Source: the human T2T-CHM13v2.0 reference genome, Homo sapiens. Taken from it: 64,000 nt of DNA. Below the pieces are notes generated by a model. That model searched no databases. It worked only from the letters and a program-made list of their open reading frames with translations, and was not told the DNA's origin. The DNA lies in assembly GCF_009914755.1 (NCBI RefSeq), contig NC_060932.1, one strand, 5' to 3'. How positions within the stretch are numbered: the stretch's first letter is position 1; each line of letters begins with the position of its first letter. This document shows, in pieces, positions 38,480-53,169 of the stretch. Both the position numbers and the translations under genes were made by a program.

Positions 38480-39129
38480 TTAACACCAGTCACACAGCTT
38501 CCCGTTTCCCATAGGATAATGGTATTCAGCTAAATTCAAATCTCTCCACACACCTCTGAAAACCACACAGTTCAACGAAAGAAGAAAAACACATCACCCA
38601 GAGCACAATCTACCACAAAACCAGAGAAAGAGAGCATTAGCAACTTCAGTTTACATGTAAGTGGTGAAAACACTAAAGCATCTCTAGAGTCCACCCTCAG
38701 CAGAGTCAAGTGGGAATCCCCACTTTTTACAGATGAAGGGACTCTGGCAGAAGGGGTAGAACAACAAAGGGTGAGAGTACCATCCTGATGAGAACTTAAG
38801 ATTGAGGAAATTAGAACCCTGGCTCCTAAGGAATTGAAAGAAAGGGCTTGGAAAATGAGTGGGAGAAAGCACCTTGCTAGCATGGGGTAACTTGTGGAGA
38901 ATTGGTATTAACAGGAAAGAAGAAAGCAAGAAGTCAAAGTAAAATAAATTAGGACCAGGATTTTAAAAATCAAGATTATTGTGTACCAAGATAATCACTG
39001 TAAGGAAAATTACCTGTAAATACTAAAGGAAAATTAAGAAAAACAAATCTGATACTAAATTTGATAGAAATACAAAACCTAGAAATAGAAATTTTGATCA
39101 AAATCTAAATAAAAAATCAAAAAGATATT

Positions 39130-40990
39130 TCTCAACTATTTCATTTACAATAGCTTATAAATAATAAGCTACCTAGGAATAAACTTAACCAAGCGGGTTA
39201 AAGACTTCTACACTGAAAGATACAAAACATTACTGTAAGAAATTAAAGAGAATGTGAATGAATTGAAAGATTTCCCATACTCATGGCCTTAAAGATTTAA
39301 TATCGTTAAAATGTCAATACTACTCAAAGTGATCTAAAAATTTAATACAATCCCTATCAGCATTTCAATGGCATTTTTTTTTGCAGAAATAGGGAATCTC
39401 ATCCTAAAATCTATGTGACATTTCAAGAGGCCCTGAACAGTTAAAACAATCTTGAGAAAGAATAACATAGTTGAAGATTTTACACTTTCTGATTTCAAAA
39501 CTTATAACAAATGTATAGTAATCAAAACAGCATGGTACTGGCATAGAAACAGATATACAGACCAGTAGGAAGTCCACAAATAAGCCCTTGCATATATGGT
39601 CAAATGATTATTTACAAGAGTACCAAGAATACACAATGAGGAAAGGAAAATCTGTTCAATAAATAGTGTTGGGAAAACTAGCTCTCCACATGGAAAAGAA
39701 TAAAACTGGAACCTTGTACCATATACAAAAATTAACTCAAAATGAAGCGAAGACCTAAAACTGTTAGAAGGAAACATACAGAGAAAGCTCCATGACCTTG
39801 GGTTTGGCAAATATTTCTTAAATGTGACACCAAAAGCAAAGGCAACAAAAGTAAAAATAGGTAAACTGGACTACACCAAGATTTAAAAGTTTGGTATGTC
39901 AAAGAATACAGTCAGCAGAGTGAAAAGGCAACCTGCAGAATGGACGAAAATATTTGCAAATCATATATCTGATAAGGAGTTAATATCCAGAATATACAAA
40001 GGCCTTCTACAACTCAACAACAACCAAAAAAAAAAACCATTTAAAAATGGGTAAAGGACTTTAATAGACAGTTCATCAAAGAAAATATACAAGTGACCAA
40101 CAAGAATTCACTAATCATTAGTGAAATGCAAATCAAAACCACAATGAGCTATCACCTCACATGTTAGGATAGCTACTTTCAAAAAGACAAAATAAGCATT
40201 TGTGAGGATGTGGAGAAATAAGAATCCTGTACACTGTTGGTAGGAATGTAAATTGGTACAGCCACTATGAAAAACTGTATGGAGAGTCCTTAAAAATTAA
40301 AAATTCAATTACCATCTAGCAATTCCTAGGCAAATATACTTCTGGGCATATATCTGAAAGAATTGAAAGTAGAGATATCTGCACACACATGTTCCACACC
40401 AGCACTACTCACATAGCCAAGAGGTGGATTCAACCCAAGTGTCCATTGGAGAGTGAATAGAAAAACAAAATGTGGTATATACATACAATGGTATATTATT
40501 CAGCCTTAGCATTTCAGGAAGCCAAGGCAGGAGGATCACTTGAGCCCAGAAGTTCAAGACCAGTCTGGAAAGATGAGATAGCAAGATCTTATCTCTACTA
40601 AAAAAATTTTGAATTAATTTTTTTTTAAAAAAACGAAGGAAATTCTGACACATGCTACAAAATGGATTAACATTGAGGACATTAAACTAAGTAAAGTAAA
40701 CCGGTCACAAGAAGACAAATACTATGTGATTCCTCTTGTATGAGGAAGATAGAGTAGTAAACTCGTGGTGACAGAAAGTAGAATAGTGGTTGCCAGGGGC
40801 TACAGAGAGATGGAAATGGAGAGTTATTTAATGGGTATAGAGTTTCAGTTTTGCAAGATTAAAAGGTTCTGGAGATTGATTACACCACAATGTGAATATA
40901 TTGAATAATACCAAATCATTTAGAAATGTTTAAGATGGTACATTTTATGTTTTGTATTTTTTACCACAATTACACTTTTTAAAAAATGTT
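39130..40990 (+). mobile_element. L1MB 3' portion, with an Alu monomer fragment at about 40508-40630
   Basis: ORF2 3' motifs and an L1MB 3'UTR (AATGGGTATAGAGTTTCAGTTTTGCAAGA...TTTTACCACAAT). Confidence 0.88.
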
Positions 40991-42248
40991 AAACCGACAT
41001 AAAATCATCTAAATTATATAAAATAACTGTGTCTACATAAAAATTAAAACTACATCCAAAACATTGACAGTGATAACAGGCCTGGGGTTTTGCACAAATT
41101 TATTTTCTTCATTGTTCTTTTTCATATTTCAATATTTTCTAAGATGATTATATATTGATATATTGCTTTTTCATATTTATTTCATATTTATTTTTATTAT
41201 ATGAGTAAGAAATTATATCCCTTTATAAAATATATAATTTTAAAGAAATAAATCAAACTCATCTACATGTTCTTCACCCTGGATAATAACATTACTTTTA
41301 AAATGTGTCATTTTATATTTTGTGCTATCTTTTTTTATAAAAATGATATTTAGTGTATAAAATATTATGTTACTTTTTATCTTAACAACTGGAAGACATT
41401 AACCAACTTATTTTATCCCTCCATGCTTCATTAAATTTATTTAGATAACTAAAGATTCTTTCCCTAATTCCAAAAAATATTATGTGAAATTTATAGCCCC
41501 AATAATAACTTATACGAATGAAATCACAGAACTCAAACATCATTTATTTCCTTTTAAGTCTCACATAGCTATTATATAGGTTTGACACTAAAATTTTGGG
41601 GAAATGCTTGCTGAACTAATGTATTAAGTTTTTCACTCCACCCTCTCAGTGTAGATAAAACTTATTGGGCTTTTGGACCAAGGAGTGTTATAGAGGGGAG
41701 CAATGAAAAGCCTAAACCCTCCCCATCAAACACAGAATTAGTTCCAAGGGAAAAGTAATAAAAATCAAAATAGTTGGTAGGTGTGAGAATAGAGTCTGTA
41801 CCCTCATTTCCTGATGGTTGCTCTGGAAGATGACAGACATCACAGATAGGTTTCTAACCTACCATGGGACCATAGAGGTGCTGAGATGGCTGTAAGATGT
41901 ATCAAGGCATAAAACTAACCTGACAAATCACTGAGCTCTTCAATGGGGTGGGGAAGAGACAAAGGTTTTTGCAGGCTTTATAGTGGGTGGATGTGACACC
42001 AAGAGTCATGGACTTGCGAGGGAGTTGCAGTTGTAATGGAGCTGTCACAGGAGAGGTTGGTTTGCTCTTGCAACCCTGTGACAAGAAAGAAATAGAGTAG
42101 CCCCAGATGTCATGACTGTGCTCAAGGACTACCTAGACTTGTGTTTCACCTCACAGAATGAGAATGATCACAGACTAGAGAGCAAGCATAATACCTCCAT
42201 GAAAACAACCAAGAGGTCTCATGAAGCCATATGGAGCCTGGGCAGCCA

Positions 42249-42620
42249 TCTTAGCCCAGGCTTCCATAACAAAAGTACATAGACTGGATGGCTTGAACAA
42301 TAGCAATTTATATGCTAACAGTTCTAGAGGCTGCAAAGTCCAAGATCAAGGTCTGGCACTGTTTGGTTTCTGAAGTCTCTCTTCCTGGCTCGCAGATAGC
42401 CACTTTGTCACTGTGCCCTTACATGGCACAGAGAGAGCGAGAGCAAGCCCCCATGTCTCTTCCTCTTTCAAGGACACTACTCCCATACAGGGGCTCCACA
42501 CTCATGACCTCACCTAAACCCAATTACCTGCTGAAGGCTCCACCTCCAAATACCATCACACTGGGTCTTAGGGCTTCAAGATAGGAGTCTTGGGAGGATA
42601 CAAACATTCAATCCATAACA
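42249..42620 (-). mobile_element. MLT1A-like solo LTR
   Basis: CATAACAAAAGTACATAGACTGG...AAGTCCAAGATCAAGG...CAAACATTCAATCCATAACA. Confidence 0.85.
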
Positions 42621-43442
42621 GTATTTTAGATTGAATAGAGAGAAAAGAATGAGTAACAGAGATTCTGAATGGACTCTATTTACCCCAAATGGTAAATTTA
42701 CCCAAATTGGGCCAAGATGTTTTCTGCCATTATGTGGAATGAGGTCCAAAATAATAACTGGCTTACAAAAAAATTATTTTTTGCACTACTCAATACATAG
42801 ACTGATAAATTCACAGTTGATACACACCCCATTGTAAACATATTTCCATGTGAAGAACTACACAGTAAGTTGCAAAAGTTGCACACCTCAGTCTCTGTGT
42901 GGTATCATGCTCTGCTCAATATATTTAAAAGACAGTACAGAGCAATGTAACTTTCTATTATCTATAAAAATTCCATGCAGATTTTCAAGTAATAATATAT
43001 GTGAAAATAAAAATGCAAAATAACTTAAAATGTGAAATAAATCTAGTTGTTAATTCAAAGTTGGAAAGTCATTTCTATATACACAAAATCTAAAAGTCAT
43101 GAAAAAATGTTTGACTACATGAAATGTCAAGGAAATTGAAATCTTGTTTTCTAAAAGATCCTACATTTAATTACCTCCCAGTATAAAAGGACACTTGCTA
43201 TTCAGATTTTATTTTCAATTACTATTTTTCACTAGAAGAAATTCAACTCTTTGAAGACGCAGCTGCTTCAAGTTCTGGGGCAACAAAAGTATATGACACA
43301 ATGTTTGACAAAAAGCACTCAAAGTCTAACGGGATTATGTCAAAAGGACAAAAGAGTTAGCTGGAAGAGTCTTCCACTGGCCAAATTTGGGACTATTTGT
43401 GGGTTAGAAAAAGGGATAATGGAACTGATTATAATACGTAGA

Positions 43443-43680
43443 ATTTATTTTATTTCCAACTTTTATTTTCGGTTCTGAGGGTACTGTGCAGGTTTGTTAC
43501 ATACGTAAATTTCAGGTCACAGACGGTTGGTTCACAGATTATTTTGCCACCCAGATAATAAGCCTAGTGCTCATTAGGGAGTTTTTCCATGCTCACTCTC
43601 CTCCCAACCTCCACCCTCAAGTAGGCACACTGGTGCCTACTTGGACACATTTGTGTCCATATGTACTTAACATTTAGCAT
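43443..43680 (-). mobile_element. Old L1PA 3' end
   Basis: TTCCAACTTTTATTTT...GTGCAGGTTTGTTACAT...CCACCCTCAAGTAGGC. Confidence 0.85.
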
Positions 43681-44155
43681 TTCATGAGTCCACCGAGATA
43701 AGGGAGAAGAAGAGAAAATGACAGAGACACAACATAATGGGGCATGGGAACAGATTCCTTCTTTTAAGAAGAATACCAGCTAGTACAGGGAGTCATGAAA
43801 TTAGGAAATCATAATTTTGCAATACAATATAAAAGTATACTTATGCAAGGCTCATCAATGATGCCAAAACCATTGGTGAAATTTTGTATATGGGAAAGCA
43901 ATTAACTTTGATACATTAACCTTGAATCTTATAAACCTTGTTATAATCACTTATTAGTTCTAAGAGATTTGTGTTGATTGTTTGGGATTTTATTGATAAG
44001 TAATCATGTAATTTGCAAACAAAGACAGTTTTACTTCTCCCTTCCCAATCTATTGTTTCCACATTTCATTAGCTAAGGCTTCCAGTACGATGGTGAATAG
44101 GGATGGAGAGAGGGGACATCCTGGCCTTGTTCCTGAGCCTAGTGGGAAAGCAATA

Positions 44156-44368
44156 CAGGTTAAGCATCCCTAATCCAAAAATGTGAAATCTGAAATGCTC
44201 CAAAATCCAAAACTTTTTAAGTGCGGACATGATGCAAGGGTAAAATTCTATACCTGACTTCCTGTGGGAGGTCGTAGCTAAAACTCAGTCACACAACATA
44301 CAGCTTATTCAGTGTCCCCAAAGGAAAAGGGCTCTCCTAGCCCCCTTCAGCTGCAATATATCTTTTCC

Positions 44369-44415
<47 letters not shown>

Positions 44416-44998
44416 ATAGATAGATAGATAGATAGATAAATAAATAAATACAGTGCACAGTAACTTTTTAGTTGAAAAACCACACAATAGGTGGAGGCTG
44501 AAAGCCTGCCATTGTTTGTCATTGCTGTTGTTCAACAGCTGATGCAGGTATCTGGTGATGCCACTGCCCTGCTTAGGTACTCTGCACACTATATTTTTTC
44601 ACTGTAATAATAATATGTCGTTTTTTACTATTAAGTACTTATGTGTGAATAAGTATAAAAAAAAGATTCCAAGTCAGGAATGAGAGTACTGTCAAATAAC
44701 AACAGATTGTCTATATGGATGGCTGAGACAGTGACACCTTTGCTTTCTGATGGTTCAATGTACACATAATTTGTCTCATGCAAAAAATTATTAAAATATT
44801 TTATAAAATTACTATCAGTCTATGTGCATCAGGTGAATACATATAATGTATTGTGAAACATAAATGAATTTCATGTTTATATGAATTCCATCCCTAAGAT
44901 ATCTCATTATGTATATGCAAATACACCAAAATAAAAAAAAATCCATAATTCAAAGCATTTCTGGTCCCAAGCATTTCATATAAAGGATACTTAACCTG
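44156..44998 (+). mobile_element. Tigger4 (Zombi) family internally deleted DNA transposon
   Basis: TIRs CAGGTTAAGCATCCCT / AAGGATACTTAACCTG with TA TSDs. Confidence 0.88.
44349..44450 (+). repeat. Compound STR (AAAT)n(AGAT)n(AAAT)n
   Basis: Read directly from the sequence. Confidence 0.95.
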
Positions 44999-46796
44999 TA
45001 GTTTCTCACCATTAAGCATTATATTAGCCATAGGGGTTTTTTTTGGATCTTCTTTATTGAGTGAAGAGAGTACCCTCGCTTCCTAGTTTGCTCAGGTTTT
45101 ATCACAAATGGGTGTTCAATGTTGCCAAACGCATTTTATGCATCTTCTGATATAATCATATCACTTTTCTTCCCTAACCTGTTGATATGATGGATTACAT
45201 TATCTGATTTTCAAATGTTGAACCACCTTTGTATACCTGGGATAGTATAATTACTTTTATACAATGTTAGATTTGATTAGCTAATATTTTGTTGAGGATT
45301 CTTACATTTATATTTATGAGAGATATTGGTCTGTGGTTATTATTTCCTGTAATATATTTTTCTGGTTTTGGTATTAGGGTAATGTTGGCCTCAGATAATT
45401 AAAGTTAGGAAGTATTCCCTCTGTTTCTGTTTTTCTGGAACAAATTATAGATAATTAACGTCATTTTTTCTTTAAATGTTTGGTAGAATTCACCAGTAAA
45501 ATCATCTGAATCTGGTGCTTTCTGTTTTAGAAGGTTATTAATTATTGATTCAATTTGTTTAATAAATATGGGCCTATTTAGATTATCTCTTTCTTCTTGT
45601 GTGGTTTGTTACATTGTGTCTTTCAAGAAATTAGTCCATTTTATCTAAGTTACCAAATTTATGGGCTTAAAATTGCTAATAATACCCTTTTATTATTCTT
45701 TTAACATCTATGGTTCACTAGAGATGGCCCAATTTTATGTGTGATATTAGTAATTTATGTTTATTCTTTTTTTTTTCTTCACTATCCAGGCTGGGAGTTT
45801 GTCAATTTTCACAATTTTTTCAAAGAACCAGTTTTCACTTTTGTCAAATTTCTGTATTGTTTCCCATTTTCACTTTTATTGATTTCTGCTCTATTTTGTA
45901 ATTATCCATTTCTTCTGCTTGTTTAATTTTATATTGCTTTTTTTTCTCTTGTCTCCTATGATTGGAAGTCTAGATTATTGATTTTATATCTTTTTTCTTT
46001 TCTAATATATGCATTCAACACTATACCTCTAAGGACTGCTTTAACTGCATCCCGCGAAATCTGATGAGTTGTATTTTTACTTTTATTCAGTTCAAAATAC
46101 TTTTAAATTTCCCTTGAGACTTCTTTGATCAGCATGTTACTTATAAATGTGTTTAATCTATAAATATTTTGTTATTTTCCAGCTATCTTTCAGTTATTAA
46201 TTTCTAGTTTAATTCCATTGTGGTTTGAGAACATACTTTGTATGCTTTCTATTTTTTTAATTAGATGAGATGTGTTGTATGGCATATAATATGGTCCTTC
46301 TTGGTGAATGTTCTATGTGAGCTTGAGAAGACTGTGTATTTCTGTTGTCACTGGGTGGAGTATTTTACAAATTTCAATTAGACCCAGTTGAGTGATGGTG
46401 CTGTTCAGTTCAACTTACTAGTTTTCTGCCTGCTGGATCTGTCAATTGCTGATAGAGGCATGTTGAAGCCTTCAACTATCATAGTCGATTCCTCTATTTC
46501 TTCTTGCAGCTCTAACAGTTTTTGCCTCACATATTTTGCTGTTAGGTGCACATACATTAAGGATTGCTGTGTCATCTTGGAAAATGAATCACTTTATCAT
46601 TACATAATACTCTCTTTATCCCTCAATACTTTTTGTTTTTGTCCTTAAGTCTGCTTTATCTGAAATTAATATAGCTATTCTAGTTTTCTTTTCATTTGTG
46701 TTAGCATGATGCAACTTTCTCCATCTCTTTATTTTTAATCTATCTATAATTGATTATACTATTTCATGGGTAGTGCTGGTACCTTGTAACAGAGTA

Positions 46797-47124
46797 TAGT
46801 CATCCTTCAGTATCCATAAGGGATTGGTTTCAGGACCTCTCGAGGACACCAAAATCTGTAGATGCTCAAGTTCTGATATAAAACGATGCGACATTTACAT
46901 ATAACCTATGCACATCCTCCTATATACCCCAAATTATCTCTAAATTACTGATAATACCTAATACAATATAAAAACCTATGTAAATAGTTGTTGAACTGTT
47001 TAGAGAATAATATCAAGAAAAAAGTCCCTATATGTTCATACGGATGCAATTTTTTCCCAATATTTTCAATCTGTGATCAGCTGAATCCATGGATGTGAAA
47101 CTCATAAATATGAAGGGCTGACTG
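46797..47124 (+). mobile_element. MER2 (TcMar-Tigger MITE)
   Basis: TA|TAGTCATCCTTCAGTATCC...GATGCTCAAGT...AAGGGCTGACTG|TA. Confidence 0.85.
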
Positions 47125-50100
47125 TATTTCCAATTTCTTTTTTCTATCCCTTTTAACAATTATTCCTGTCATTCCACTTATCCATAAGCTACCAAATTTA
47201 TTGTATTTATTTTTATTCTGAACAAATTTTTATCCGTTATATCAATAAATAATAAAAAATAAAAGATTATATTTTACCTTGATTTATTCCTTCTCTATTG
47301 CTCCACCTTCCTTTGTATAAGTCTGAGTTTCAGATCTACATCATTTCCCTTCTCTTTGAAGGATTTTTTAAACATTCATTGCAAGGCAGGTCTATTAGTA
47401 ACAAATTTCCTCAATTCTTATTTGTCTAAGAAAGTCATTGTTTCCTCTTCAATTTGAAGGATTTTTATCAATACAGAAGTCTAAACTGGTGGTTTTTACT
47501 TTCAATGTTTTAAATATTTTACTTCATGCTCTTTTTGCTTACATGTTTTCTGAGAAGTCCAGTGTAATTTGTATCCTTTTTCCTATACAGGTAAGGTGTT
47601 TTTACCCCTGGCTTTCAAGATTTAATTCTTTGTCTGTTTTTCTGCAATGTGAATATGCTATGTCTAGGTGTAGATTCTTTGGTATTTATTCTGCTTTGTG
47701 TTCTCTGAGCTTTTGGGACCTGTGTTTCCCATCTGTCATTATTTTTGGAAAATTATCAGCCATTATTACTTCAAATGTTTTTTCTTCTCCTTTCACATTT
47801 TCTTCCGATCTGGTATTTCCATTACATGTATGTTACACCTTTTGTTATTATCCTGCCTTTCTTGAGTATTGTGTTTCATTTTTCCATCCTTTTTCTCTTT
47901 GTATTTCAGTTTACGAGGCCTCTATTAACATATCACCAAGGTCACTGATTCTTTCCTCAGCCATATCCAGTCGACTGGTGGGCCCATCAAAGTCATTCTT
48001 AATTTCTGCTACAGTGTTTTTATTTCTAGAATTTCCTTTTCATTCTTTCCTAGAGTTTCTGTTTCTCTGCTTAAATTACCCACCTATTCTTGCATGTTTT
48101 CCACTTTTCCCATTAGAGTCTTTGGCACATTAATATAGTTGTTTGAAATTCCTGAGTGAGCATTCCAAAATCTCTGCCGAATCTGAGTCTAGTTCTGATG
48201 CCAGCTTTCTCTCTTCTGGCTGCATGTTTTCTTGCTTTTTAACTTTCCTTATAATTTTTTTAAAAGGTGGAAATGACGTATCCTGTAACAGGAACTGAGG
48301 TAAATAATTTTTCAGTACTGAAAGGTGACTTGCAGCTTATTTTCATATGGTTCAGTAAAATGTATAATGCATACAAATATGTAATATGCGAATTTCTAAT
48401 TAATTTCCATTCAATGGTGGTTTTACAGGTGTTTGCTTTCCTGCATGCTTGCACATTTTCAAAGTAAAATTTGGAGAGCAAATATGAACAGATTAGGGTG
48501 CTGATAACTAAAACACACGCTTTTTGTTCTTTCAAAAATGTTATGATGAACATACAGAGATAAACACACATGACAATTGTATGTCGCTCTAGGAAGGCAA
48601 ATAAACATTTCCTTTATTTAAAAGCAACATAATTTAGTATTCAATATTATCCCTTCAAAAAGGATTAGGAATTTCTTCCAAGATGTGAAAATTCTATCTA
48701 AAAGTAACATTAACTTAAAATTTTTGGCACTACTGAATTATGAGATAGTTTTTATTATCATATTTACTCATCATATTTTTTTCAAATCATTCAAATATTT
48801 TAAACATTTTGAAAGGAAGATAATTCTATATAAGAAAAAACTGTAAATCTAAAATCAAATTAGTACTCCAGCAAAACTGACAGCTAATTTAATTCTGTAA
48901 AGCCATGTTTCTGACCAATAACACATCAGAGATACACGGGCATGAAAATCTTCTAAAGTGCCTTGCTTGAGACAGTTTTTCCAAAAAAGAGTTAAAATTT
49001 TTTCTCAGTAAATAATGCATTTAGATGTTTTACAGAAAATGGCACAATTTTCTGCAAGTGCTTTTGTTGCCCGGGATCACTGCGAAGCTGCAGAGCAGCT
49101 TTAGCAGCACCAACTTCCTCATTTCTTAGTTACAGTGTTTACACCCAGCCTCAGGCTGCAGTGACCGGCTCAGAGAAAGACATGAGCAGTGAGACACAAG
49201 TAGACATTTGCTGGGATTCTCATATATTAAAAAAGTTTAATCTCTTCCTCATGAGGCATCAGAAGAAATCCATCATTTTCCCTGGATGGGGCAGTATGAA
49301 GAGTCTGGCAGAGAAGTGTTGCTAACTGGAGGGGAAAACATGACGCTGTGGGTTCCACTAGGTAAAGCTAAGGATGAATTAAAGCTGGGAGAGGCCCACC
49401 CATCCGGAGAGATGCAGATGAACTAGGCTCTTGGCGAAATTGTTTGAGCCATTAGGTTCGTCTTAGTCAGCATTACTTCTAAGATATTTATATCTACCTG
49501 AGCAGTTTGTTTGTGTTTTTATTTGTTTGTTTTGGTCTATTGTCACCAAGAGAATCTAACCTGACATTATACTTTTTAAAAAGAAAGGAAAGGAAATAAA
49601 GGAGAAAAAAAGAAACTTTCATTTTTCTTTTATCATTGCCTCCTCATCCTTTTCGTCTATGAATTCTTCCTAATAATGGCTTCAGCAACATGAAAACCCA
49701 CCAAATCTGAAGCATTTTTATTTTTAACAATACTACCATGGGAAGCTGTCCCCTGTCCTTTTATCCACTATTCATGTAGGTTTACTAACAATAGTGTATA
49801 CTTATAATGTTACATTTTGCTCATTTGATAATTCCAGCATTCAAGCTAGAATTCATAAGGGTCAAAGAAGTAGATATAAACTGTATAAAATGGTAAATGA
49901 GAAATATACACAAAATTCTTACTCATAATTCAATACATTCAAAATTTATTATATATATTGTAACTAAAACAGATGATATATATGCAATAGTAGCTAAATA
50001 GGCAAAGTTTGTGCTGAAGTCATTTCTATTCTCACTATACTTGGGGGCAAACTGAAGTTTCTCCTATATCCTAAAACTATGTTCTGCATTATTTCAGAGT

Positions 50101-51031
50101 GTAATAATTCACTAATTTCCAAAGATCTTAAACAGTAATAGAAAAAGACAATTAAAAATTTTTCACCCCTTATATCAGTTCTTTTTTTTTGAAAAAAAAA
50201 ATTGTCAGATAAGCCAATGACAGTAAAATTCTATCTATTAACATGTACAAACATTCTAAAAATATTTTCACTTGAGATTAGAGTGTGGTCTTCCAACAAC
50301 AAATTTATGTTTGTTCTACAACAATCAAAGCTAAGAAGTTCAATCATCATTTTTGATTCGACATTTATTCATTTTGGAAATAAGGTATTAGATTATTGCC
50401 AGTGAGCTCCAAGAATACAGTCATCAGCTGAGAAACATCCTCACAGAATCCAGAAAAATATATTTACATAACAGATATGTATGGAAAATAAATAATTTGA
50501 TAAGAATTTTATGTTGACATGTTTCATTAAATATTTACACATCAACCTATGTATTTACACTGATGATGTCATTTTGAGAGAGATTGTGCCCAACTGTAAA
50601 AATAAGGCTTAAGCTAAAATGATTTTTAAACTATAGAAAATGGATTATACATAATCTATAAGACTCCTTCTAAGGGCAAAGCTTCTGGAGTTTTGAACTA
50701 AAAAACACATTTTTAGAACATTCTTCTCAAATGATAATTTAAACTTTGCTTTAAAATCTCAAGGCTGTTAACCAAAAGCATGTTAAGCTCAATATCATAG
50801 GACAGAAATGTGAGTTTTGACTCAGTTATGGAATGCTCAGAATATTAAGCTTATTTGTGTAGTTAGAGAATTAATACATGAAATCATAAAACTAATCTGA
50901 AAATTCAATGAGGCACTTATAGAAATATTTTGTAAGACAGTATACAAAAGTAAGATATTAAAAATTACTATCAGTAAGGTGTTTGGCAAACAAACAATGA
51001 TCAAGAAATGTGTAGAATAAGTGAATGACTA

Positions 51032-51244
51032 TAGATTATCCCTTATTTACAATGGTTTCCCTTTATGACAGTGCAATAGCCATATGCAGTCAGTATGCTT
51101 TTGACTTACAATGGGATTTCAACCAGATAAACCCATTGTAAATTGAAAACAGTGTAGATCAAAAATGCACTTTCTACTTACAACATTTTAAATTTATAAT
51201 GGGTTTATCAGGACATAACCCCATCATAAGTTAAGCAGCACTTG
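51032..51244 (+). mobile_element. Tigger5/MER47-like MITE
   Basis: GACTTACAATGGG...GATAAACCCATTGTAAATTGAAAA and inverted partner ATGGGTTTATCAGGACATAACCCCATCATAAG. Confidence 0.7.
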
Positions 51245-51294
51245 CATGTAAATTAATAAAAGTAATCAATGCATAAATAATTGCATGAAAATAA

Positions 51295-51840
51295 ATTTTG
51301 GAATTCTACTTCTGTGATATACCAGAAGAATTGAAAGCAGCTACTCAAACAGATACATGCAAAGCAGTATTCATAGCAGCATAATTCATAATAGCCAAAA
51401 TATAGAAATAACATTGAACAGATATACCACACTTAAGCAAAATATAGTATATCTGTACAAAGGAATATTATTTGGCATTTGAAATGAAATTCTGATACTT
51501 GTTGCAACATGGATGAATCTTAAGAACATTACCCTGAATGAAATAAACCAAAACGAAGGTGAAAATACTGAATTATTCATGAAGTATCTAGAAAAGAAAA
51601 ATTCATGGAGACTGAAAGTAGAATGGGTGCTATAAGGGGCTGAGAGTGGGAGGAATAGAGGATTATTTAATAAGTATAGTTTTTGTTTGGGATGATGAAA
51701 AAATTCTAGAAATGGATAGTGGTGATGGTTGCACAATATGGTGAATGTACTTTATGATACTGCTTAGTACTTAATGATATTAACATGATTAAAATGGCAC
51801 ATTTTATGTAATATATGTCTTAACACATTTTAAGGAATAA
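51295..51840 (+). mobile_element. L1MB 3' end
   Basis: GAATTGAAAGCAG...TGTTTGGGATGATGAAAAAATTCTAGAAATGGATAGTGGTGATGGTTGCACA. Confidence 0.85.
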
Positions 51841-52844
51841 AATTTTATCACATATTGGACAGCTGTGATTATTAACTAGTTCTCTTTTTTTAAAAACACA
51901 CACACACGCATAAAGTAAAAATGCTCAGAAGTGCCTTTATCATATTTATCCCACTAAATACAACTAGAAATCTTGGACATTACATATAAGACAAACTAAA
52001 AGGCCTCTGAAAGGTAGAAAGCAAATCTCCCGGGAACTTCAGGGCCCAAGATATGACACAATGGTAATTTTCTAGGTTTTCTTTTTGCTTATTTATTTCA
52101 AACTTAGAGATGAACAAGCAAAAGCCTAGAAAATATCAATGAGTACAGATGACAAAAAGTCCAAACAAATAAGGGAAGAAATAAGTCTAGCAAGACAGAA
52201 AACTTTTAGAAAATAATAACTCTATTCTAGCCAAACACTACAGAAGAAACTATGGTTGCACTCCCACTCATGCCATTAAAAGTCAACTGGGGATCCTAGA
52301 TCCTCACACTTGTGAGGCTATATTGAGGCACCCAACACCCCCATAGCTGTGTTGTCAGAGAAGTAAAGTAAGGAGCTGGAATTTTCATTCCCAAATGGTG
52401 ATAATAATGAAACCCGCTCTGGTATCAGTACAGACCACATAGAAAGCCTTGACCTCCACCCAAACCAGCAATAAAGAGCTGTCCTTCCTGCTCCCCACTG
52501 GAAAGGTGTCAGAGGAGAACAAGTGGATAGTCAGTATTTTAACTAATATGAAGCAGTGATGATGCCACCCCCACTACATGGTATCAGTGCAGTTCATATG
52601 GGGAGCAATAATAAAGCATTTATACCCTCTTGGCAAAGAAATTATCAGTGGAGAGCCCGCACTCCCAACTCCAACTAGAAGTAACAAGGAATCTCACCAC
52701 CATGTGGGAATCAATGGAAGCCACATGGGAAACCTAGACTCCTACCTGCACCTGACAATAACGAGGCAGCATTCCTTCCTTTGACAGCAATGTAGGAGGA
52801 AGTCAGCTAAAACAGAAAATTCAAATAAGATCCAGGATCTCCTC

Positions 52845-53169
52845 TCCACCCAAAAATATAATGTCAAAGTCTTTACCCCCAGTACCTCAGAATGTGACTG
52901 TATTTGAAGATAAGACCTTTAAAGAAGAAATTAAGGTAAAACAAGGTCATATAGATGGGCTCTAATTTTATAAAATTAACATCTTTAGTATTTCGAAGAA
53001 AATGAGATTAGGACACAGACACAGAGTAAAGACTATGTAAAGACAAAGAGAGAAGACAGTCATTCTGTCAGCCAAGGAAAGGGGCTTTAGAAGAGACCAA
53101 AATTACATTTCTATTGTAAGCCACCCAGCCTGCGGGACTTTCTTACGGCAGCCCTAGCAAAGTAATACA
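52845..53169 (+). mobile_element. MLT1B-like LTR
   Basis: CCCCCAGTACCTCAGAATGTGACTGTATTTG...GCAGCCCTAGCAAAGTAATACA. Confidence 0.8.

Larger units (their letters stand above)
43900..48300 (-). mobile_element. Old L1M, antisense (ORF2 through ORF1), interrupted by Tigger4 and MER2
   Basis: GAGGGGACATCCTGGCCTTGTTCCTGA, TTTGGTATTAGGGTAATG, TTGGTAGAATTCACCAGT. Confidence 0.85.

Noticed and set aside
47438-48133. Longest ORF (231 aa, hydrophobic)
   Set aside because: It is the antisense strand of a decayed L1 ORF1 region; T-richness suppresses stop codons.
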